Of a stretch of DNA of 64,000 bases, positions 11,571-22,499 are shown in pieces. The position numbers and the translations under genes were made by a program. This stretch comes from Alphaproteobacteria bacterium (lineage in GTDB: Bacteria; Pseudomonadota; Alphaproteobacteria; SHVV01), in the NCBI GenBank assembly GCA_965261735.1, contig OZ253470.1, forward strand, positions 384,001 through 448,000, read 5' to 3'. Under the pieces are notes generated by a model. It saw only the letters and a list, made by a program, of their open reading frames with translations, had not been told where the DNA came from and searched no databases. Each line of letters opens with the position of its first letter. The stretch's first letter is position 1.

Positions 11571-12376
11571 GGCATTGTCACGTTAACAGCGTGGCTTCGG
11601 CACGGCCGGTGCTTTAGCGTCTCTGGATGTGCAAGATATCCTACCGTCGTCACCGCTTTCCACCGGTCATCATCCAGCATGCCGTCTGGCTCTATTGCCG
11701 TTTCACGCTGAGCTATCGGGACGTTGATGACCTGCTTGCCGAGCGTGGTCTCGACATCTCGTATGAGACAGTTCGAAGATGGGTCTTGAAATTCGGTCGG
11801 GCCTATGCGCGGCGGATTCAACGTCGGCGGCCACGACCGACCGAACGCTGGCACCTGGACGAGATGGTCGTCGTAATTCGAGGGAGGCAGTTCTATCTCT
11901 GGCGTGCCGTGGACAGTGAGGGCGAAGTCCTGGATTTCCTGGTTCAATCCCGCAGGAACGCTCGGGCGGCAATTCGGCTGATGCGGAAACTCTTGAAGAA
12001 GCAGGGCTTCGCGCCGGCGACGATTGTAACCGATAAACTCCGCTCCTACGGCACCGCGATCCGTTTGCTTGCCCTCTCGGCTCAGCATGAGCAAGGCCTG
12101 CGAAAGAACAATCGGGCAGAAAATTCACATCAGCCGGTGCGACGACGAGAGCGAAAGATGCAGCGGTTCAAATCGCCCGCGTCCGCGCAGCGGTTCCTCG
12201 CCGTCCATGCGACCGTCTACAACCTCTTCAACGTCCAACGCCATCTGGTCTCCCGCCGAACACTCCGCCAATTCCGCGGCGACGCGATGAGACAGTGGCG
12301 GCAAGTGACGACCGTTGCATAATCTCCGGCGTCGGCGCCCACAAGCTGGCCAAATGGCGGTTAACGTGACAACGTC
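11571..12376 (+). mobile_element. IS6-family element B (transposase 11627-12322)
   Basis: TIRs ggcattgtcacgttaac / gttaacgtgacaac; IS6 DDE motifs. Confidence 0.92.
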
Positions 12377-12521
12377 GGTCCTGCTGTTCCCGGCGTGGCT
12401 GCCGCATTCGGTGGACGCCAACCGCGGCGATCGAGACCGGATCAGCGTGAGCTTCAACGTCATGCTGTCCGGCTACGCGGCGGAGCTGAGCAAGCCGCTA
12501 TGGCAGGGCGAGCACCACTGA
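12377..12521 (+). pseudogene. 2OG-Fe(II) oxygenase C-terminal fragment
   Basis: 'LLFPAWLPHSV...RISVSFN'; 5' part replaced by IS6. Confidence 0.7.
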
Positions 12522-12522
12522 C

Positions 12523-14052
12523 GTGTGGATCATGAGGGCCTTGGACTACCACGAGTCCACCAAGCATTCGTGGGAGCGCATTCGCGCCAATCCCCACTCC
12601 CTCGACTTTGCGAACATGCCGCACCCCTTCAAGATCTATATCGACTTGGCGCGCCAGCCGCTCTCGACCGATTTGCCGGACTCGGCGGTTCCGGCGCTGG
12701 CCGCGCTGGCAGAACCGGGAGTAGACGCCGGCGGCGACCGGGTCGCGGGCCGGAATGAGCTGGCGCACCTGCTGTCGGCTGTCGGCATCACCAAGCGGCG
12801 GCGCTATCCGGGCGGCGAGATGCTGTTCCGCGGTGCGCCTTGCACCGGCGCGCTCTACCACATCGAGGTCTACGTGATCTGCACCGACCTGAAAGACCTG
12901 CCGGCCGGCGTCTATCAGTTCCAGCCGAAGGATTCCTCAGTGTGCCTGCTACGGCCGGGCGATTGCCGGCAGGTCCTCATCGACGCGAGCGGCGCGCACG
13001 CCGCCGTGGCCGACGCGCCGGTGGTGCTGGTCCTGACGAGCACGTGGTGGCGCAACGCCTGGAAGTATCAGGCGCGTGCCTATCGCCACGCTTGGTGGGA
13101 TTCGGGCTGCATGGCGGCCAACCTCCTGGCGCAGGCGGCGGCCCTGGAGCTCCCGGCCGCCTTGGTGGCCGGTTATGCCGACGACCCCGTCAACCGGCTG
13201 CTCGACGTCGATCCTGAGAAGGAGGCGTCCCTGATGCTGATGCCGATCGGGCGCGGCGGTCCGGCTCACGCGGCGCATCCGCCCCGGCTTGCCCCGCTCG
13301 GACTGTCGACGGAGCCGCTCTCGCATCACGAGGTGGCGTACCCGAACATTCCAGCGGTCCACGCCGCTTCCTGCCTGAACACTGGAGCCGAGGCGGCCGC
13401 GTGGCGCGGGGCCATGGACGAAGGCACCGAAGCCTCTCCAGACCGGCTCGTCCCCCTGCAACCAGCGGCGGACGATGCGGTTCCGGCCGAACCGCTGGAG
13501 GCCGTGATCCGGCGTCGCGGATCGAGCCGCCGGTTTACCGGCAAAAGCATCTCCTTCACCGCGCTCTCGACGATCCTGGACCGGACCGACCGCGCCATTG
13601 CCGCGGACTTTCTGGCCCCCTCCGGAGCGTCCCTCTGCGACCTCTATCTGATCGTCAACGCCGTCGACGGGCTCCCCGCAGGAACCTACGCATACAGGCC
13701 CGCGCACGGCGGGCTGGAGCCGCTCCGCGAGGGAACGTTTCGGGAGGAAGCGACGGCCTTGGCGCTGGGGCAGGACCTGGCGGGCGAGGCCAGCGTCAAC
13801 CTCTACTTCCTCGCCAACCTGCAACGCGTGACGGCGCGCTTCGGCGATCGCGGCTATCGCGCGGCCGAGCTCGAAGGGGGGATACGGGGCGGCAGGGTCT
13901 ATCTCGCCGCCTATGCGCTGGGACTGGAGGCCACGGGGCTGACCTTCCTCGATGACGACGTGACCGCATTCTTCTCGCCCCACGCGGCCGACAAATCGGT
14001 CATGTTCCTCGCGGCCGTGGGCCGGCCGGGCCGGCCTTACGCCGTTTCCTGA
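12523..14052 (+). CDS. SagB/ThcOx-family tandem nitroreductase-domain oxidoreductase
   Basis: 'RGAPCTGALYHIEVY', 'WKYQARAYRH', second domain 'IRRRGSSRRF'. Confidence 0.85.
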   Translation: MWIMRALDYHESTKHSWERIRANPHSLDFANMPHPFKIYIDLARQPLSTDLPDSAVPALAALAEPGVDAGGDRVAGRNELAHLLSAVGITKRRRYPGGEMLFRGAPCTGALYHIEVYVICTDLKDLPAGVYQFQPKDSSVCLLRPGDCRQVLIDASGAHAAVADAPVVLVLTSTWWRNAWKYQARAYRHAWWDSGCMAANLLAQAAALELPAALVAGYADDPVNRLLDVDPEKEASLMLMPIGRGGPAHAAHPPRLAPLGLSTEPLSHHEVAYPNIPAVHAASCLNTGAEAAAWRGAMDEGTEASPDRLVPLQPAADDAVPAEPLEAVIRRRGSSRRFTGKSISFTALSTILDRTDRAIAADFLAPSGASLCDLYLIVNAVDGLPAGTYAYRPAHGGLEPLREGTFREEATALALGQDLAGEASVNLYFLANLQRVTARFGDRGYRAAELEGGIRGGRVYLAAYALGLEATGLTFLDDDVTAFFSPHAADKSVMFLAAVGRPGRPYAVS

Positions 14053-14075
14053 GCGGGGTATCTGGTGTCGAGCCG

Positions 14076-14996
14076 ATGGCGTCCAAATTAGTGACGGTTT
14101 TCGGGGGATCGGGATTCCTCGGCCACCGGATCGTGGAACACCTGGCCGCAGCGGGGCACGACGTGCGTGTGGGCGTGCGCCATCCCGACCGCGCCGCCTT
14201 CCTGCGGCGGCTCGACGCGGACGGCCGGATCGAGCTGGTGCACGCAGATGTATGGGACGAGGCGACGGTCACACGGGCGGTGAACGGCGCGACTTCGGTC
14301 ATCAACACCGTCGGCCACTATGTCGAGAAAGGAGGCACGACATTCGATAGGATCCACGGCGAAGGAGCCCTGCACGTCGCCAGGCAGACGAAGCAGGCGG
14401 GGGTCCTGCGACTGATCCATATCTCAGGCCTGGGCGCCGATCCCGGGTCGGACTCGCCTTACGTCCGTGCCCGGGGGACCGGAGAAAGCCTCGTCAAGGA
14501 GGCCTTCGATGGCGTCACGATCCTGCGCCCCGGCGTGATATTCGGTCCGGATGATTCCTTCCTGAACAGACTTGCCATGTTGGCACGGCAAAGCCCGGTG
14601 CTGCCGCTGTTCGGAATTGGAGGCACGAGACTGCAACCCGTGTTCGTGGAAAACGTCGCGGAAGCCTGCGTGAGGGTTCTAGCCAATCCCTCCACTCGAT
14701 GCCGCGTCTACGAACTCGGTGGGCCGCGGGTATACGCCTACAAGGAACTCGTACAGTTGGTGCTCGAAGGGATCGGCAGGCGTACGGTCATGATCCCGGT
14801 CCCCTTCCTCGTGTGGGACATCCTCGCGGCCGTGACGGCATTTCACCCCGATCCGCCGCTGACCCGCGATCAGGTGAAATTGATGTCACGGCACAATGTC
14901 GTCGGGCGGCAGGCGTTGACCCTGGAAGACCTGGGCATTCGCCCTACTCCGGTGGAAGAGGTTTTGTCCGCCTGCATTGGCGTGACCCCCTCCTGA
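14076..14996 (+). CDS. NDUFA9-like atypical SDR (NAD(P)-binding)
   Basis: 'TVFGGSGFLG' Rossmann motif; 'LRPGVIFGPDD'. Confidence 0.88.
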   Translation: MASKLVTVFGGSGFLGHRIVEHLAAAGHDVRVGVRHPDRAAFLRRLDADGRIELVHADVWDEATVTRAVNGATSVINTVGHYVEKGGTTFDRIHGEGALHVARQTKQAGVLRLIHISGLGADPGSDSPYVRARGTGESLVKEAFDGVTILRPGVIFGPDDSFLNRLAMLARQSPVLPLFGIGGTRLQPVFVENVAEACVRVLANPSTRCRVYELGGPRVYAYKELVQLVLEGIGRRTVMIPVPFLVWDILAAVTAFHPDPPLTRDQVKLMSRHNVVGRQALTLEDLGIRPTPVEEVLSACIGVTPS

Positions 14997-15122
14997 TAGC
15001 TGCGGGGCGGCGCGCAGGTTCGACGCCGATCGGCACGCCAAGCAATTGATCTGATTGGAATCCAAGGAATCGAGTTTGCGCGCCGGACAATGGCCTCGGG
15101 TGTGCGGCCGCATCCCGTCCCC

Positions 15123-15324
15123 CTACCAGCGCATCTCGCCGCGCAGCATCAGGCCGTGCTCGGGCACCTCGTCGTTGACGGAATCGCGACGGGTCGCTTC
15201 GAGATTCAGATCGAGGACGTTCCCCAGGCGGTAGCCGTAGCCCGCGCGCAGGAAGCGGGCGTCTGCGCCGAACTCGCTTTCGAGGTTCCACTCCGTGAAC
15301 CCCAGCCGCAGGAGATGGCCGAGC
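15123..15324 (-). pseudogene. Autotransporter/outer-membrane beta-barrel C-terminal fragment
   Basis: Amphipathic strands ending 'HGLMLRGEMRW'; cut by IS6. Confidence 0.6.
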
Positions 15325-16126
15325 GGCATTGACACGTTAAGTCGGTGGCCGGATCGGGCAGGGCCGCTACCGTCGGCGTATGACGCCAATTTCTTTCAAG
15401 CGACATCGTTTTTCGCCAGAGATCATCCAGCATGCGGTCTGGCTCTATGCTCGGTTCACGCTGTCATTTCGCGATGTCGAGGACCTGCTGGCCGAGCGCG
15501 GTATCGATGTCTCGAACGAGACGGTGCGACGCTGGTTTCTGAAATTCGGGCGCCTGATCTCAGGCAATCTTCGCCGCAGCCGTCCACGTGCCAGTGCTCG
15601 TTGGCACCTTGACGAAATGATCATCAGGATCCGCGGCCGAAGACATTGGCTGTGGCGGGCGGTCGACGACGAAGGTGAAGTTCTCGACTTCCTGGTCCAG
15701 CCACGACGCTGCGCCCGATCGGCGCAGAGGTTGCTGCGGAAGCTGCTGAAGAAGCAGGGCTTTGCGCCGAAGCGCATTACCACGGACAAGCTCAAATCCT
15801 ACGCTGTTGCGATCCGCAAAGAGCGACTTACCGCTATTCACGATCAGGGATTGCGGGCGAACAATCGAGCCGAGAATTCACACCAGCCGGTACGTCGACG
15901 CGAACGAAAACAACAGCGGTTCAATTCACCGGGATCCGCCCAACGGTTCCTTTCAATCCACGCCGCCGTCTACAACGCTTTCTACGTCCAGCGCCATCTT
16001 TTACCCCGCCGCATTTTCAAGGCGTTTCGAGCCGAGACGTTCGCTGTCTGGAATCAAGGCTGGTGTGCTGCCTGATCCAGATCACGATCCAATTGTGCCG
16101 AACGCGGCAGTTAACGTGTCAATGCC
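15325..16126 (+). mobile_element. IS6-family element A, copy 2
   Basis: Same TIRs and protein as copy 1. Confidence 0.95.
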
Positions 16127-16196
16127 CTCCTTAGGCAGGCCCGCGCGGAAGCACCTTGATCGCCCAGCCGGAAGCGCCTTGTTCGAGTGCGGGGCG

Positions 16197-17525
16197 CTAG
16201 GCCGCGCGCTTATCGAAACGCCGGGTCCGCCTGCGGCGCTTGCGGGGGCTCGGTGCCGGTCGAGGCGCCGCGCCCTTGCCGTTATTGCCCGACGCGGCCA
16301 CAGTCTCGTCCGGCGCCTCGCCGACAACCCGCAATGACTCTTTGATCAACCGCTCGATCGCGCGCAGTTGCGGCCGCTCGCTGGCATCGCAGAACGAGAT
16401 CGCGATGCCCGCGGCGCCCGCGCGCGCGGTGCGGCCGATCCGGTGAACGTAGCATTCGGGCTCGTTCGGCAGCTCGTAATTGATGACGTGGGTGACGTCG
16501 TCGACGTCAAGCCCGCGCGCGGCGACATCGGTGGCCACCAGCACCCGCACTTCTCCGGTGCGGAAGTTTTCGAGCGCCCGTTGGCGCGCATTTTGGGACT
16601 TATTGCCATGCAGCGCATCGGCACTGACCCCGCCAAGGGCGAGCCGTTTGACCACCTGGTTGGCGCCGCGTTTGGTGCGCGTAAATACCAGCACCTTTTT
16701 GAGATCGGGTGCGGCAAGAAGCTTGGCCAGAAGATCGCGTTTCGAGGCCGTGGCGAGGTGATGGACGTGTTGCTCGACGCGCTCCACCGCCACCCTCTTG
16801 GCCGCGATTTCGACCCGTTCGGGCTCGAACAGGACCTCGCCGGCGAGCTTCGCAACCTCGGCCGGCATGGTCGCCGAAAAGAGCTGTGTCTGCCGCTCAT
16901 CAGGCAGCATCGCCACGATCTTACGCACGTCGCGGATGAAGCCCATGTCGAACATGCGGTCGGCCTCGTCGATGATGAGGTATTCGCACTGGCTCAAATC
17001 GGCGCGGCGCTGCTGCGCGAGATCGAGAAGCCGGCCCGGCGTGGCAACCAGAATGTCGACGCCGCGGCGCAGCGCCTCGATCTGGGGCCGCTCGGGGACG
17101 CCGCCCATGACGACCGCCTGGCGGAATTGCAGGTGCCGCCCATAGGTCTTGATGCTGCTGGAGATCTGTAGCGCGAGTTCGCGCGTGGGCGCGAGAATTA
17201 GCGCTCGCGTCGTCCACGGCGAAGCCTTGACGCCGTCTTCGACGAGGTTCTGCAGAAGCGGCAGCGTGAACGCCGCTGTCTTGCCGGTGCCCGTCTGGGC
17301 GATACCGAGCAGATCCATGCCGTCCAGCAGGTACGGAATGGCGCGACGTTGAATGGGGGTGGGGGTGTCGTACTGCGCGTCTTCAAGCGCGCGTAAAAGC
17401 CGCTCGGAGAGCCCGAGTTCGGCGAAAGCTGAAACTGTCAAAGATACAAATTCTTTGTTACGGAGACCCGGCGCGCGCGGAGGCGAGCGATCAGGGCTAA
17501 CCGTGTCCTTCTTTTCCACGCGCAC
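16197..17525 (-). CDS. rhlE: DEAD-box RNA helicase (RhlE-like)
   Basis: Q motif, AQTGTGKT, PTRELA, DEAD, SAT, HRIGRTAR; true start may be slightly downstream. Confidence 0.9.
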   Translation of the reverse strand: MRVEKKDTVSPDRSPPRAPGLRNKEFVSLTVSAFAELGLSERLLRALEDAQYDTPTPIQRRAIPYLLDGMDLLGIAQTGTGKTAAFTLPLLQNLVEDGVKASPWTTRALILAPTRELALQISSSIKTYGRHLQFRQAVVMGGVPERPQIEALRRGVDILVATPGRLLDLAQQRRADLSQCEYLIIDEADRMFDMGFIRDVRKIVAMLPDERQTQLFSATMPAEVAKLAGEVLFEPERVEIAAKRVAVERVEQHVHHLATASKRDLLAKLLAAPDLKKVLVFTRTKRGANQVVKRLALGGVSADALHGNKSQNARQRALENFRTGEVRVLVATDVAARGLDVDDVTHVINYELPNEPECYVHRIGRTARAGAAGIAISFCDASERPQLRAIERLIKESLRVVGEAPDETVAASGNNGKGAAPRPAPSPRKRRRRTRRFDKRAA

Positions 17526-17667
17526 TTAGATCAGACGGGAATTGGATGAAATATCCTCGCGGTAATAAGCCCGTTTCGACGGGCAGATCGCGCGACCGCG
17601 AGGAACGCTGCCTTTCAAATGAGCCCTCCCGCCTCGAAAGTCAAGGTGTGGGCCGAAAATCGGATCG

Positions 17668-17933
17668 TCAAACGTCGAGCACCAGATCGGTCGTAAGGGT
17701 CGCGCAACAAATCAGCACTTGACCTCGGTCTGGCGCGTCTAGGGGCTCGTCGCGGTATTCGACGGCGCCTTCGGTGAGCTCGCACATGCACGTGTGGCAA
17801 ATGCCCGAGCGGCAGCTATTCGGAATATCGATGAGAAGGCCTTGGGCCCGCTCCTGAGACCAAGATACGCCACGGAGGCCGCCGGACAGCGCCCGGGCGG
17901 TCGCCATCGCTGTGAGAGGGGAATGGTGTAATG
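17668..17933 (-). pseudogene. 2Fe-2S ferredoxin domain fragment
   Basis: 'CRSGICHTC...VLICC'. Confidence 0.7.
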
Positions 17934-18736
17934 GGCATTGACACGTTAACTGCCGCGTTCGGCACAATTGGATCGTGATCTGGATCAGGCAGCACACCAG
18001 CCTTGATTCCAGACAGCGAACGTCTCGGCTCGAAACGCCTTGAAAATGCGGCGGGGTAAAAGGTGGCGCTGGACGTAGAAAGCGTTGTAGACGGCGGCGT
18101 GGATTGAAAGGAACCGTTGGGCGGATCCCGGTGAATTGAACCGCTGTTGTTTTCGTTCGCGTCGACGTACCGGCTGGTGTGAATTCTCGGCTCGATTGTT
18201 CGCCCGCAATCCCTGATCGTGAATAGCGGTAAGTCGCTCTTTGCGGATCGCAACAGCGTAGGATTTGAGCTTGTCCGTGGTAATGCGCTTCGGCGCAAAG
18301 CCCTGCTTCTTCAGCAGCTTCCGCAGCAACCTCTGCGCCGATCGGGCGCAGCGTCGTGGCTGGACCAGGAAGTCGAGAACTTCACCTTCGTCGTCGACCG
18401 CCCGCCACAGCCAATGTCTTCGGCCGCGGATCCTGATGATCATTTCGTCAAGGTGCCAACGAGCACTGGCACGTGGACGGCTGCGGCGAAGATTGCCTGA
18501 GATCAGGCGCCCGAATTTCAGAAACCAGCGTCGCACCGTCTCGTTCGAGACATCGATACCGCGCTCGGCCAGCAGGTCCTCGACATCGCGAAATGACAGC
18601 GTGAACCGAGCATAGAGCCAGACCGCATGCTGGATGATCTCTGGCGAAAAACGATGTCGCTTGAAAGAAATTGGCGTCATACGCCGACGGTAGCGGCCCC
18701 TGCCCGATCCGGCCACCGACTTAACGTGTCAATGCC
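17934..18736 (-). mobile_element. IS6-family element A, copy 3
   Basis: Same TIRs and protein as copies 1 and 2. Confidence 0.95.
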
Positions 18737-19206
18737 TCCCAAACACATGCATGACGAGCTGAGCGAAGATTACCGCGATATGATCTATGCCGACACTGCC
18801 TCCGAGGTGGAAACCCGCCGCAAGGCGTTTGTCCGCAAGTGGCGGCTGAAATGCAGGGCCGTCGCGGACAGCCTCGCAGAAGCGGGCGACAAGCTCTTTA
18901 CCTTCACGCGCCTGTCCAAGAGCCAATGGAAATCAGCCCGAACGACCAACGCCATTGAGCGTCTCAACGAGGAGTTCAAGCGCCGGATCAAAACACAGAC
19001 CGTGCTGCCGTGTCCCGAAACAGTGCCGATGCTCCTCTGGGCGCTCCTCGCTTCCGGCCAAATCCAGATGCGCAAAGTCGATGGATGGGAAACCCTCGAT
19101 CAGCTAATCGCCGACGAAACCCTTGACCGCGCGGCCTGACCGCCGCAAAACTCAACCCGCTCGGAGAGGCGCCAAAACCAATTTCCACCACTTTCGAGAC
19201 ACAACC
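18737..19206 (+). mobile_element. IS256 3' fragment truncated by IS6
   Basis: Matches the 3' end and TIR of the 5482-6875 element. Confidence 0.92.
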
Positions 19207-19317
19207 CGAGCCCGACAGCGTCTGGCAATCGGTGCAGTGGCAGATCATCACCTTTTCCGGGTCGACCTCCGCCTCGTAGGTGATGGCGCCGCAGTGGCAA
19301 CTTCCGTCGACCCTCAT
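19207..19317 (-). pseudogene. GFA/CENP-V family protein N-terminus interrupted by IS256
   Basis: 'MRVDGSCHCGAITY...ICHCTDCQ'. Confidence 0.8.
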
Positions 19318-19516
19318 AATGAGGCTCCGTTCGCAGGGCACACACGCTGTGGTCGGATCGTCCCCAATCCGGGCCGGATTGGGGACGAGCGTTTTCGCAA
19401 CCGGGCTTGGAGGCGCCTGATGGTAGCATGCGACGGCCTTGCCTCGCTTGTGCCCTGACCCAGTTCAGGGGACAAGTGCGTTTATCGGCCCTTGTCGCTA
19501 ATCGAAGGCGGAAATT

Positions 19517-20224
19517 ATGACACGGTCAGAAACGGACTACGCGACGGCGCTAAAGAAGATCAACGCCATCAACGCGGCCAAACACCGCCGCGATCATCCT
19601 CTGTGGATCTCGCTCCTGAAGGGCGAGCTAAGCCGGCCGCAGGTCGCGGAGTTCTTGCGCCAGTTCAGCGCCGTCGCGCTTTACAACCATTTCTTTCACG
19701 GACCGCTTTACGTGAACTGTCCCAGCCCGAAGTGGCGCGCCCGGATGGCCGAAGTCGTGTGGGAGGAGGGCACGGGCAATCTCTACTCGAACGGCGTGCC
19801 GCACTGGCAGCTTTTCCTTCGGCTGGGCGAGGCGTTCGGCATCAGCGCCGACGAGATGTACGCGGCCGAGTACGGCCCCGGCGCGCTGGCGGTTCGTTCG
19901 TTCCTGACCGCGACCTGCGCCCGCAGCTTCCTCGAAGGGGTCGCTGCTACGTCACTGGCCGGCGAAGCCCAAGTGCCGGGCATCGCTGCGAAGGTTTCGC
20001 AGGTTTTCATCGAACACTATGGACTGACACCTGAACAAGCCATGTTCTACACCGTTCATGAAGAAGCGGACCGCGATCACGCCGACGCCGGGCTCGAGTT
20101 TCTGCGCGAGTTCGCAAAAACCGACATGGACCTCGACCTCGTGGTGCGTACGGTGCGCGACGCCGTGGAAGTGAATTGGTGGATGTTCGACGACATTCAC
20201 CGGCGCCTCGATGGCATCCGATAG
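19517..20224 (+). CDS. Heme-oxygenase-like diiron protein (TenA/PqqC/CADD family)
   Basis: 'HPL', 'WEE..PH', 'AGE', 'HEEADRDH' ligand pattern. Confidence 0.8.
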   Translation: MTRSETDYATALKKINAINAAKHRRDHPLWISLLKGELSRPQVAEFLRQFSAVALYNHFFHGPLYVNCPSPKWRARMAEVVWEEGTGNLYSNGVPHWQLFLRLGEAFGISADEMYAAEYGPGALAVRSFLTATCARSFLEGVAATSLAGEAQVPGIAAKVSQVFIEHYGLTPEQAMFYTVHEEADRDHADAGLEFLREFAKTDMDLDLVVRTVRDAVEVNWWMFDDIHRRLDGIR

Positions 20225-20271
20225 ACTGGTCACGATTCTCTGGACGGGCGGATTGGCTTTGAGAGGGTGAA

Positions 20272-21411
20272 ATGAACAGGCAGCTCATTATTTCCGGCGA
20301 TTCGCACGTGCTCGAGCCCGACGATCTTTTCGCCAGGACGCTCGCCGCCAAATACGGCGATGCGGTGCCGCGCTACGTCGATGAGCACCTGGGCGTCAAG
20401 GGCCGGCACTACTTCACCGGCATCGAGTACGTCCGCGTCGACGAGATCGTCGAAGGCGGCGAGGGAAGCGAGGAAGCGGAGGCGTTGCAACAAAAGCTGA
20501 TCGCGGCGTCGATGGACCCGGCCGCGCGCCTGGGCTGCCTCGACGAGGACGGAGTCTACGCCGAGATCCTCAACTCGACCTGGATGCTCTACACCATGCG
20601 CGCGCGCAATGACGACATGGTGCGCGACTGCTGCGGCGTCTACAACGACTGGATGCGCGACATGGTCAGCCACGACCCCAAGCGGCTGTTCGGCACCGCC
20701 ATGATCCACATGGAGGACGTGGATTGGGCGGTCAAGGAGCTCGAGCGGTGCAAGAAAATGGGTCTATGCGGGGTGCTCATCAACTGCGACACGCGCCCCG
20801 AATGGCCGCGCTACCAGGACCCCGTCTACGACCCCTTCTGGGCCCGCGCGCAGGAACTCAACGTTCCGGTGACGCTACATATCATCACCGGCAACGTCCG
20901 CGATCCCTTCACCCTGTTCGGCGAGGAGCGCAAGGACCTCGCCCGTATCACGATGTGGATCCTGTTCGAGGCGCCGCCCGTTCTCGCCAACGAGTTCATC
21001 TTCGGCGGCGTCATGGACCGCTTCCCCGAACTCAAGATCGTCCTGTCGGAGTACGAGGTCTCGTGGCTGCCCTACTTCATGTTCCGCGCCAGGCAGATCC
21101 AGGAGGTCTTCAACCCCGCCATGGGGCGCCCGGCGATCAAGCTTCCCGTGAGCGACTACATGCGCCGCGTTTACCACGGCTTTGTCGATGACACCTACGT
21201 CGAAAAGGCGGTCGACGTCGTCGATCCCAAGACCCTGTTCTGGGGCTCGGACTTCCCGCACGCGCGCTGTACTTATCCCAACAGCCTCAAGGTGGTTGAC
21301 GACACGCTGGCCAAGCTCGGCGAGCAGAACATGGCCGACATGAGCTACTACAACACCGCCCGGCTCTACGACATCCCACTGCCGGAAAGCCGCGCTATCG
21401 CCGCCGAGTAA
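20272..21411 (+). CDS. Amidohydrolase_2 family metal-dependent hydrolase
   Basis: 'SGDSHVLEP', 'WGSDFPH', 'NTARLY'. Confidence 0.88.
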   Translation: MNRQLIISGDSHVLEPDDLFARTLAAKYGDAVPRYVDEHLGVKGRHYFTGIEYVRVDEIVEGGEGSEEAEALQQKLIAASMDPAARLGCLDEDGVYAEILNSTWMLYTMRARNDDMVRDCCGVYNDWMRDMVSHDPKRLFGTAMIHMEDVDWAVKELERCKKMGLCGVLINCDTRPEWPRYQDPVYDPFWARAQELNVPVTLHIITGNVRDPFTLFGEERKDLARITMWILFEAPPVLANEFIFGGVMDRFPELKIVLSEYEVSWLPYFMFRARQIQEVFNPAMGRPAIKLPVSDYMRRVYHGFVDDTYVEKAVDVVDPKTLFWGSDFPHARCTYPNSLKVVDDTLAKLGEQNMADMSYYNTARLYDIPLPESRAIAAE

Positions 21412-21458
21412 GCGGCACGGGCACTCCGAGGGTGGAGACCTACGGCGCCGGGCTGGGC

Positions 21459-22499
21459 CTACGAGAGACCCACGTGAATGCGGATCTCTCCGAGCGCGCC
21501 GACCTCGAACCGGTCGCTTGGGCCGATCAGCGTCGTCGAGCTGTACTCCTCGACGATCGCGGGACCTTTCGAAGCAAAACCGACGGGTAGGCGTGATCGT
21601 TGGAAAACGGCCGTAGGCAAGACGGCATCCGCCTCCTTGAAGAACACCGGCCGTGGCGCCGCCATCGCGTCGGCCACCGGAGTTCCCTCGGTATTTGCGA
21701 TCATCTCCAGGTTGGGTCGCGGGGTCGCGGCTCGGGCCGTTATCTGCAGGCTGACGAACTCGACCGGCACCTCGGAGTCGGCATGCCCGTAGCGCGCGCG
21801 GTAGACATCCTCGTACACCTGCCCGATGTCGGCCGCCGTTTGTCCGGCAAGAACAGGCGTCTTCACCGAGTGCGCTTGTCCGCGATATCGCATTTCGGCG
21901 TCGCGCTCGAAAACGATGGGGCTATCGCCGATCTCGCGGGCGAGCCGTTCGGCGATCGTGGATTCGAGGTCCGTATACAGCGCCTCCATGTCGGAGATTG
22001 CCTGCTCGCCGAGCGGCCGCAGGAAGGTCTCGGCATCGTCGAGGCGTATGTCCGCCAGGAGCATGCCGATCGCCGAGAAGTTGCCGGGTTGGGGCGGCAC
22101 GACGACGAGAGGAATATGCAGTTCGCGCGCGAGCGCCGAGGCGTGGAGCGGTCCACCGCCACCGTACGCGAACAACGCGAACTCCCGCGGGTCGATGCCT
22201 CGCTCGACCGTTATCTTCTTGATCGACGCGGCCATGGTAACGATGGCGATCGCGACGATTCCCTCGCCGACCGTCAGCAAGCCCTGCTCATCAGAGCACC
22301 CGAGGGGTTGGGCCACGCGCTCGAGAATCGCGCGCCGTGCACCGTCCGCGTCGAGGCTTAGGTCGCCGCCGAGAAACGCCTGCGGGTCGAGCCGTCCGAG
22401 GACGACGTTGGCATCGGTCACGGTCGGCTCGGTTCCGCCCAGATCATAGGCAACGGGCCCTGGTTCGGAGCCGGCAGATCGCGGCCCGACATGGAGCCG
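21459..22499 (-). pseudogene. Hydantoinase A / 5-oxoprolinase C-terminal half, 5' truncated by IS6
   Basis: 'PTVTDANVVLGRL', 'YGGGGPLHA', 'GPAIVEE..ST'. Confidence 0.85.

Noticed and set aside
12523-14052. Azole-RiPP biosynthetic cluster
   Set aside because: No YcaO, precursor peptide or transporter is nearby.
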